From an uncultured Actinomycetota bacterium (GTDB taxonomy: Bacteria; Actinomycetota; Actinomycetes; Mycobacteriales; Geodermatophilaceae), in the NCBI GenBank assembly GCA_963784165.1, contig CAWAQI010000001.1, positions 381-64,380 on the forward strand: a DNA stretch of 64,000 nucleotides, read 5' to 3'. The notes beneath the pieces are model-generated. The model had not been told where the DNA came from. It saw only the letters and a list, made by a program, of their open reading frames with translations, and did no database searches. Positions 57,442-64,000 of the stretch are shown in pieces. Position 1 is the first letter of the stretch, and each line of letters begins with the position of its first letter. The position numbers and the translations under genes are program-made.

Positions 57442-58820
57442 TGGACGTCGACGACCTCGGCCGGATGGGCCTCTTCGAGGGAACCAGCCACGACCAGCTC
57501 CGCGAGCTCCTCGCCGCGGGCACCGAGGTCGCCTTCGGTCCCGGCGACGTGCTGTTCCAGGAGAACCAGCCCGCCGACTGCTGGTGGGTGCTCCGTGACG
57601 GCAGCATCGACCTCGTGCGCCACGTCGGTCGCGACGAGACGCTGCTCGGGGTCATGGACCTGCCGGGCCGGTGGGCCGGTGGGTTCCGCGCCTGGGACGA
57701 GCACGGCGTCTACCTGGCGACCGGTCGCGGCGCCGTCGCAGGATGCATCCTGCGGGTGCCGGCCGAGGCCCTCCGCCGGGTGTGGACGGCACGCTTCCCG
57801 CTGGGTCTGCAGCTCATCGAGGGCGTCTCCCGGTCGGCGCGCAACTACGAGACGATGGCCCGGCAGCGGGAGGCGCTCGCCGCGCTCGGCACCCTGGCGG
57901 CCGGGCTCGCCCACGAGCTGAACAATCCCGCCGCCGCGGCCACGCGCGCGGTCGACGCTCTCGGCTCCGCCTGCGAGGAGATGCTGGTCTCGCTCCGGCG
58001 GCTGGCGGCGGCGCCGATCACCGCGGACCAGTTCGCCCGGATCGACGCGCTGCGTCAGGAGCTCGCACCGAAGCCGCTCCTCGGGAGCCCCTTGGAGCTC
58101 GCCGACCGTGAGGACGCGCTGTCGGACTGGCTGTCCCGCCGCGACGTGGCACGGGAGTGGGAGCTGGCTCCCGTCCTCGCCGGTGCAGGGGCGGACGTCG
58201 GCTGGTGCGAGAAGGTCGCCGGGGTGTTGGGCGACGCCCCGCTCGAGTCGGCCCTGGACTGGGTGGCCAGCACGCTGTCGGCAACCGGCCTGCTCGACGA
58301 GCTCAAGGAGTCGACCCGGCGCATCTCCGAACTCGTCGCAGCGGTCAAGTCCTACTCCCAGCTCGACCGGGCGTCGATGCAGCAGACCCAGATCGCGGAG
58401 GGGGTCGAGAGCACGTTGGTGATGCTGGCGCACCGCATCCCGGAGGGCATCACGATCGTGCGGGAGTACGGCCCCGACGTCCCCCCTATCGAGGCCCTGG
58501 CCGCCGAACTCAACCAGGTCTGGACCAACCTCATCGCCAATGCCCTCGACGCCATGGGCGACCGGGGCACGCTCCGCGTGTCGACGCGCATCGAGAAGGG
58601 CGCGGTGGTCGTGGAGATCGGCGACACCGGGCCCGGGATGTCCCCCGAGACGATGCAACACGCCTTCGACCCGTTCTTCACGACCAAAGGCGTGGGCGAG
58701 GGCACCGGCCTGGGGCTGGACATCTCGCGACGGATCGTCGACCGGCACGGCGGCGAGATCACCATCGATACGCGGCCGGGCGGGACCGTGCTGCGGGTCC
58801 GGCTCCCCGCCGTCGGCTAG
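57441..58820 (+). CDS. Sensor histidine kinase with N-terminal cNMP-binding domain
   Basis: cNMP-like LF.E..PAD.WW.L.DG.I; H box AGLAHELNNP, LNQVWTNLI.NA.DA, D.GPG, FDPFFTTK..G.GTGLGL; TGATG coupling. Confidence 0.9.
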   Translation: MDVDDLGRMGLFEGTSHDQLRELLAAGTEVAFGPGDVLFQENQPADCWWVLRDGSIDLVRHVGRDETLLGVMDLPGRWAGGFRAWDEHGVYLATGRGAVAGCILRVPAEALRRVWTARFPLGLQLIEGVSRSARNYETMARQREALAALGTLAAGLAHELNNPAAAATRAVDALGSACEEMLVSLRRLAAAPITADQFARIDALRQELAPKPLLGSPLELADREDALSDWLSRRDVAREWELAPVLAGAGADVGWCEKVAGVLGDAPLESALDWVASTLSATGLLDELKESTRRISELVAAVKSYSQLDRASMQQTQIAEGVESTLVMLAHRIPEGITIVREYGPDVPPIEALAAELNQVWTNLIANALDAMGDRGTLRVSTRIEKGAVVVEIGDTGPGMSPETMQHAFDPFFTTKGVGEGTGLGLDISRRIVDRHGGEITIDTRPGGTVLRVRLPAVG

Positions 58821-58941
58821 CGGCACACGCTCGCCCGCGAACGAGCTCCACGACGACGTCCTCGAGGCACTGCGCTCGCGAGGCATGGGCGACGTCACGC
58901 CGGCATCGCCCGCACCTGACCGGCGATGCCACGCTGGACCC

Positions 58942-59901
58942 GTGGTGGACGACCTGCTCGTGGCGCGCAACCCGGACCCCGACTCCGCGCTGCCGTACCT
59001 GGTGCGCATCCCGTTGGGAGCGACGGGCGTCGTCCTCAAGGCGAAGGAGCCGTGGCCGCGGGCGACGAAGGTCTACTGCCACCGGGCCGTCGAGTGGCCG
59101 GCCGACGCGGAGATCCTCGAGCGCCACCCGGTCCGGTCCTGCACGCGACGGGGACCGGCCATCGACCTGGTGCTGGATCGCGCGCGGGAGAACCGCTCCC
59201 AGCTCGTCGTCACCCGGGCGCGGGGCCGGGAGGCCATCTTCTGGCAGTCCCCACGCACGGCGAAGCAGGCGCGCCCCGGCGTCCATCTGCCCGCCGCCAG
59301 AGCACACGGCCAGGTGCTCGAGATCCTGGTCGACAGCGGCGAGAAGTACCCGTACTCGTTCGGCCACCAGCAGGCGACGACCCGTCGGCAGCGGTTGGCT
59401 GCGGGGGACTACGCGGTCGAGCTCGACGGGTCCGTGGTCGCCGCGGTCGAGCGCAAGACCCTCGAGGACCTGGCCGGCAGTCTGCTGTCGGGCCGGCTGA
59501 CCTACGCGCTCGCCGACCTCACGGCCCTGCCGCGCGCGGCGGTCGTGGTGGAGGACCGCTACAGCCGGCTGTTCAAGCTGCCGCACACGTCCGGGACGCG
59601 GGTCGCCGAAGCGCTGGCCGAGGCGCAGGCGCGTTTCCCGTCCGTGCCTGTCGTGTTCTGCGAGACCCGTCCGCTGGCGCAGGAGTGGACCTACCGGTGG
59701 CTCGGGGCGTGTCTGGCCGAGCTGGCGGCCGGTGCGTCGACGGCGGATCTCGAGGAGTCCATGGCGCCCGGCGGCCCGGTGCCTGCTGCTCCTCCGTCGT
59801 CCGCGGCCGTCCGTGCCTGGGCTCGGGCGCAGGGGATCGAGGTCAGCGACCGAGGACGGATCCCGGCCGACCTGCTCCGCCGCTTCCAGACCGCACGGTA
59901 G
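58942..59901 (+). CDS. ERCC4 (XPF/Mus81-like) nuclease domain fused to an Lsr2-type DNA-binding domain
   Basis: ILVDS.E, L..GDY, VERKT..DL, VVED; C-terminal VRAWARAQGIEVSDRGRIP, the Lsr2 AT-hook. Confidence 0.88.
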   Translation: MVDDLLVARNPDPDSALPYLVRIPLGATGVVLKAKEPWPRATKVYCHRAVEWPADAEILERHPVRSCTRRGPAIDLVLDRARENRSQLVVTRARGREAIFWQSPRTAKQARPGVHLPAARAHGQVLEILVDSGEKYPYSFGHQQATTRRQRLAAGDYAVELDGSVVAAVERKTLEDLAGSLLSGRLTYALADLTALPRAAVVVEDRYSRLFKLPHTSGTRVAEALAEAQARFPSVPVVFCETRPLAQEWTYRWLGACLAELAAGASTADLEESMAPGGPVPAAPPSSAAVRAWARAQGIEVSDRGRIPADLLRRFQTAR

Positions 59902-59936
59902 CGCTGCATGCATTCTGCATGCAGCGCTGCTAAAAT
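59900..59936 (+). promoter_or_regulatory. TA operator palindrome AGCGCTGCATGCA-TTC-TGCATGCAGCGCT followed by a TAAAAT -10 element
   Basis: Perfect 13-bp inverted repeat; the -10 lies 6 nt before the GTG start (leaderless). Confidence 0.78.
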
Positions 59937-59942
59937 GATGGC

Positions 59943-60179
59943 GTGCCTGTGTCGATGACGATCCGCGATGTGCCCGACGAGACGCGGGACGAGCTGGCCG
60001 CGCGTGCCGCGCGCGCAGGGCAGTCCCTGCAGGAATACGTGCGAGCGCAACTCAACGCGCTCGTGGCCGTCCCGGATCAGGCGGTGTTGTGGGACCGGGT
60101 GCGCCATCGTCTGCAGGCGACGGGAAGTCAGGTCTCGACTGCGGACATCCTCGCAGCGAGGGACATGGATCGACGGTGA
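59943..60179 (+). CDS. FitA-like RHH antitoxin
   Basis: TIRDVPDETRDELAARAARAGQSLQEY.R..L. Confidence 0.88.
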   Translation: MPVSMTIRDVPDETRDELAARAARAGQSLQEYVRAQLNALVAVPDQAVLWDRVRHRLQATGSQVSTADILAARDMDRR

Positions 60180-60574
60180 CCCTCGTCGTCGACGCGTCCG
60201 CCGTCGTGGCGGCCTTGACCAACGGGCAAGGCGACGGTGAGTGGGCGAGGGGCGCGATGCAGGATGCGGGCCTCGTGGGTCCTGGTCACCTGCACGTCGA
60301 AGTGTCGAACGTGCTCCGTCGGCTCGTGCTTGCCGGCCTCTTTCCGCGGGACCTCGGTGCTCTCGCCCACGAGGAACTCATCCGTCTGCGCATCACGACC
60401 TACGAGTTCCAGCCGCTCGCGGCGCGCATCTGGGCGCTCCATCCGAACGTCACTGCCTATGACGCGGCATACGTGGCACTGGCTGAGCAGCTCGAGCTTC
60501 CGCTCCTGACGGTCGATCGTCGGCTGGCTCGGGCAGACGGCCCGAACTGTGAGTTCCTGACGCCGCCCGACTGA
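60176..60574 (+). CDS. vapC: PIN domain toxin
   Basis: LVVDASAVV, EV.NVLRR, NVTAYDAAYVALAE.L..PLLT.D.RLA; GTGA coupling. Confidence 0.92.
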   Translation: MTLVVDASAVVAALTNGQGDGEWARGAMQDAGLVGPGHLHVEVSNVLRRLVLAGLFPRDLGALAHEELIRLRITTYEFQPLAARIWALHPNVTAYDAAYVALAEQLELPLLTVDRRLARADGPNCEFLTPPD

Positions 60575-60631
60575 GATGGTGCGACCGGCGGTGAGCACCC
60601 GCCGGTACGTTCCCCGCATGAGGCAGGCGCG

Positions 60632-61324
60632 GTGAGCCCGGATCCGGCGACGTCGCGACGCTGGTGGGCGGACGGCGAACGGGTCGTCGCCGAACTGGTC
60701 GCCGGCCTCAGCGACGAAGACCTCGCCGCGCCGTCCCGGTTGCCGGACTGGTCCCGCGCGCACGTCGTCGCCCATCTCGCGCGCAACGCGGACGCGCTCG
60801 GCAACCTGCTCACCTGGGCGCGCACCGGCGTCGAGACGCCGATGTACCCCTCGCCCGAGGCGCGGGACCGCGACATCGCGTCCACCGCCGCGCTGCCGGC
60901 CGACGAGCTACGGGCCGACTTCACCGCGGCGTGCCGTCGGTTCGCCGACGCCGTCGAGAACCTGCCGGCGGAGGCGTGGACGGCGACCGTGCGGACACGG
61001 CAGGGCCGGGCCATCGAGGCGACCGAGGTGCCCTGGATGCGGGCCAAGGAGATCTGGGTGCACGGCACCGATCTCGACGCAGGACTCGGCTTCGGTGAAC
61101 TGCCGACGGACTACGCCAGCGCGCTGGTCGACGACGTCCTCGGCCACTTCGCCGGGCGGGGTGAAGCCCTGGAGGTGTCGGTCGCAGCGACGGACGTCGA
61201 CCGGCAGTGGGGGACCGGCGCTCCCACCGTGCGCGGCCCGGTCTCGGCGATCGCCGCCTGGCTCACCCGCGGCGATGCCACCGGCCTCTCCGGCGACGTG
61301 CCACCGCCCCCGACCTGGCTGTAG
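60632..61324 (+). CDS. Mycothiol-dependent maleylpyruvate isomerase (MDMPI/DinB) family protein
   Basis: PSRLP.WSR.HVVAHLARNADA..NLL.WA.TG..TPMY, R..E.WVH..DL. Confidence 0.9.
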   Translation: MSPDPATSRRWWADGERVVAELVAGLSDEDLAAPSRLPDWSRAHVVAHLARNADALGNLLTWARTGVETPMYPSPEARDRDIASTAALPADELRADFTAACRRFADAVENLPAEAWTATVRTRQGRAIEATEVPWMRAKEIWVHGTDLDAGLGFGELPTDYASALVDDVLGHFAGRGEALEVSVAATDVDRQWGTGAPTVRGPVSAIAAWLTRGDATGLSGDVPPPPTWL

Positions 61325-61408
61325 GAACTCCGCCGATCCGGAAAGTGTCGTACCTCACTGCCAACCTCCGCCTCGAAGACAACGGCGGGGGAGCGGGGAG
61401 GGCGAGCG

Positions 61409-61720
61409 ATGACCGGATGTACGAGCGGGAAGGTCGGGCACCACAGTGAGTCTGCGGCACGGCGGGCGGCCGTTGCCGTCGCTCGCGTGCGCACGCACGA
61501 CCGACCGCGGGTGTACGAGTGCCCGCGTTGTCACTGCTGGCACCTCACCTCGGCGCCGCGGTCGCGGAGGGTGTTCGCCCGTCGTCGTCACCAGCGCATG
61601 CAGGAGCCGACGGTCGCCACCCGCGCGGAGCTCGACGCCTGGTTCGCCGCCCACTCGACGCCGGGCGGTCAGCTGCCCTCAGCGGCAGTCGGAACGGCGC
61701 AGGACGTCGTCGCGATGTAG
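61409..61720 (+). CDS. Small putative Zn-binding protein
   Basis: C.SGK....E..A...A...R.YECPRCHCWHLTS; GGAGG-like RBS. Confidence 0.55.
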   Translation: MTGCTSGKVGHHSESAARRAAVAVARVRTHDRPRVYECPRCHCWHLTSAPRSRRVFARRRHQRMQEPTVATRAELDAWFAAHSTPGGQLPSAAVGTAQDVVAM

Positions 61721-62592
61721 TCCGACGCCGACTGCGGCTCGATGCCCAGCTTCCGCATCGGCTCGGGGCTGACCTCGACGCCCTCGTCGTCCATGACCAG
61801 CGCCATGCCCATCACCGTGGCGACCGCGGGCTTGCGGTTGCGCAGCAGCCGATTGCCCGCAGCCATGGCGGCCCGCGGCACGGGGATCCGCCGGAACTTG
61901 GTGCCAGTCGTCCGCTCGTAGGCCTCGATGGCTTCGCGCCGGCTCATCGCTTCGGGGCCGCCGAGGTCGATCTCGGCCGGTGGGTCGTCCATGGTCGCCA
62001 GCCGAACGCACGCCTCGGCGACGTCGTCGCTGGAGACGAAGTTGGCCCGCGCTCGCCCCTCACCGAACACCGTCGCACGGTGCTTGTCCGGGTCGATGCC
62101 GGTGATGCGGCTCAGCCAGATCTCGTCGAACGGGGCCGGCCGCACGATGACGGTGCGCATCGGGGACGACCGCAGCATCCGTTCGGTGCGGACCTTCGCT
62201 GCCGCGAACGGCGAGCGGGCTGTCATGGCCAGTGACAGGCCCGCCATCGACAGGAAGACGAACCGCTCGACTCCGGCTTCCTCGGCCGCGCGGATCAGCG
62301 CCGCGTTGCCGTCCCTGTCGACCGCCTCGAAGGAGAGGTCCTTGGCGCCGGCCATCATCCGGCTCATCGCGTTGGCCGTGGTGACGACGGTCGTCACTCC
62401 GGTCATCGCCTCGTCGAGGCTGGCCGAGTCCATCAGGTCGCCACGCACGATCTCGGCGCCCAGCGCCTCGAGCGCCGAGCCATCCGACGACGGCCGCACC
62501 AGCGCCCGGAACGGGATGCCGCGCTCGGCCAAGCCGGGCGGCGATCCGGCTGCCCAGCTCGCCGGTCCCGCCGACCAGCAGCAGACGCTCAC
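61669..62592 (-). CDS. NmrA-like/atypical SDR oxidoreductase (indels near the 5' end)
   Basis: LLVGGTGELGSRIA in the alternative frame, RALVR, GDL, VD.DG...LI.AA..AGV.RFV..S, K...E, RP, V...DVA, GGPE. Confidence 0.85.
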   Translation of the reverse strand: MSVCCWSAGPASWAAGSPPGLAERGIPFRALVRPSSDGSALEALGAEIVRGDLMDSASLDEAMTGVTTVVTTANAMSRMMAGAKDLSFEAVDRDGNAALIRAAEEAGVERFVFLSMAGLSLAMTARSPFAAAKVRTERMLRSSPMRTVIVRPAPFDEIWLSRITGIDPDKHRATVFGEGRARANFVSSDDVAEACVRLATMDDPPAEIDLGGPEAMSRREAIEAYERTTGTKFRRIPVPRAAMAAGNRLLRNRKPAVATVMGMALVMDDEGVEVSPEPMRKLGIEPQSASDYIATTSCAVPTAAEGS

Positions 62593-62997
62593 GTGGGAGA
62601 CCTTCGCGGTCTGCCGCATCGTCTCGTCGATGTCCGCGCCGCCCTGCTCGACGACCTCCATGTACAGCCGGCCCCAGGTGATCTTGCCGTCGTCGTCGAG
62701 CCCGAACAGGACGACGCCGCGCTCGTTGAACACCGTCCCGTCGGTGTGATGGCCGCGGAATTCCCACTCCGACCAGGCCGTGCTCCCGTCGTCCAGGTGC
62801 CTGAGCACCTCGACGGTCAGGTCGGGGACCCCGGCGAACAGGGTGCTCCAGTTCTTGTGCACCTGGTCCCGGCCGCTGAAGCCGCGATTCGGGTGGGCGG
62901 GCTGCTCGCTGCGGTACTCCGGCGCGATCAGCTCGACCATGGCACTCGGGTCATGGGCGTTCACCGCGTCTCGAAGACGGGCCATGGTGTCGTGCAT
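62589..62997 (-). CDS. SnoaL-like NTF2 family protein
   Basis: DAVNAHD...Y.SEQP.HP.R.F.GR.QV..NW..LF..VPD...WSEW...G...DG...RGV..F...G.I.W.RLYME; GGAGG RBS. Confidence 0.88.
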
Positions 62998-63180
62998 TCC
63001 AGCCTCCCTCGACTCCGGACGTCGCGTCCAGGGTCCTCCGACCCGTGTCCGAACGGGCGGCATCGCGTCCTCCATCCGGGGGACGGCGTCACGGCAAGAC
63101 CCGCAGATTCCGGCCCCGAACGTCCCTACAGTTCGCCGAGCCTTCCGCCTGGGAGGGCCGTCGATCTGCAGGGGACCCAC

Positions 63181-64000
63181 GTGCCGAAGTCGCAGCGCCG
63201 GCTCGGCGCCGTGCTCCTCGTCGGCGGCCTGCTGCTCGCCTCGGCCGGGTGCGCGGCGAAGGAACCCGAGGCGAACGCCACCACGCCCACGACGCACGCG
63301 GACGACGACGGCAACGACGACCACCCCCACGCCGACCCCTGAGCCCGAGCCGATCGTGTGGCCGCTCACCGGGGTGGAGACGAGCGACGGACGTCCAGCG
63401 GCCGGCGCTCGCGGTGAAGATCGAGAACTCGGTCGACGCCCGCCCGCAGACCGGCCTCAGCGCGGCCGACGTCGTCTGGGAGGAAGTGGTCGAGGGCGGC
63501 ATCACCCGCTTCGTCGCCGTCTACCACTCGTCGCTGCCGCCGGAGATCGGTCCGGTGCGTTCGGTCCGCCCGATGGACCCGGGCATCGCCGGTCCGCTGC
63601 ACGGCCTGTTCGCCTTCTCCGGCGGGCAGGGGCCGTTCGTCGACGCCGTCAGCGCTGCCGGACTCCAGGTCGTCAGCCAGGAGAGCGGGGCGGGGGGCTA
63701 CTACCGCACCGGCCGGGCGGCTCCGCACAACATCTACGCCGACCCGAGCGTCCTGGTCTCCCAGGCCGACGCTCAACACATGGCGTCGCCGGGCGAGCAG
63801 TTCGTCTTCGCCGGCGCGGGGGAGCAGCCGACCGCCGCATCCGGCACCCCCACGAACGTCCTCGACCTGAGCCTCTCGCCCATCGGCCGGCCGTCGTGGA
63901 CCTGGAGCGCCGGGGACGGTCGCTGGGTCCGCGCCGAGCGCGGTGTGCCGGCGCTCGAGGCCGACGGCACTCCGCTCCGAGCGGTCAACGTCGTCGTCCT
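63181..64000 (+). CDS. DUF3048 domain lipoprotein (partial, frameshifted in the linker, runs off the window)
   Basis: Signal peptide with lipobox LASAGC; WPLTG, AVKIEN...ARPQ.GL..AD.V.EE.VEGGITR..A.Y, GPVRS.R, APHN.Y. Confidence 0.85.

Noticed and set aside
55695-58820. 1041-aa receiver-oxidoreductase-histidine kinase fusion in the ORF track
   Set aside because: The middle is out-of-frame nonsense after an indel at ~56795; the oxidoreductase ends at 57441 with a TGATG overlap to a separate kinase gene.
61669-63369. SnoaL-NmrA fusion protein
   Set aside because: The Rossmann motif is in another frame and a GTGA overlap is present at 62589-62592, so the fusion is most likely an indel artefact.
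1-64000. Many long alternative-frame and antisense ORFs; a prophage or integrative element
   Set aside because: The Arg/Pro/Gly-rich shadow ORFs are expected at this GC content; no integrase, transposase, phage structural gene or att-like repeat was recognised.

Overview
Very GC-rich actinobacterial DNA; gene content and short intergenic repeats suggest Geodermatophilaceae, which is an inference. Many genes carry single-base frameshifts that look like long-read indel errors. (1) 1-15.6 kb is an accessory/defence region: a GIY-YIG nuclease fusion, a DUF4352 protein, a hydrolase/AraC pair, VapBC, DUF4253, a complete Wadjet jetABCD operon and a Phd-RelE pair. (2) 15.7-39.2 kb is the main candidate for an undescribed system, a ~23.5 kb cluster with a shared operator-like motif. 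It joins a bacterial coenzyme M-type biosynthesis cassette (ComA, two fumarase-superfamily lyases, a PLP desulfhydrase-like enzyme, an unknown Cys-rich protein) to the Nit1C/MSMEG_0565-0572-type module (radical SAM, GNAT, AIR-synthase/SelD-like protein, GT4, DsrE-like protein). The usual nitrilase is missing. Instead there is a cobalt nitrile hydratase with chaperone and NiCoT importer, FdrA + DUF1116 + carbamate kinase, and an atypical CoA-disulfide-reductase-like flavoprotein. (3) 39-64 kb is mixed: PfkB kinase, pRiA4b-ORF3 protein, HipBA with three operators, a LexA-boxed DUF222-HNH gene, a diverged tandem duplication (possibly an assembly chimera) holding a Doc TA pair and an RsbW/RsbV/bacteriophytochrome-PP2C module, a receiver-TrxR/cNMP-kinase pair, an ERCC4-Lsr2 fusion, a second VapBC and small enzymes. 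No rRNA, tRNA, CRISPR array, integrase or transposase was recognised.
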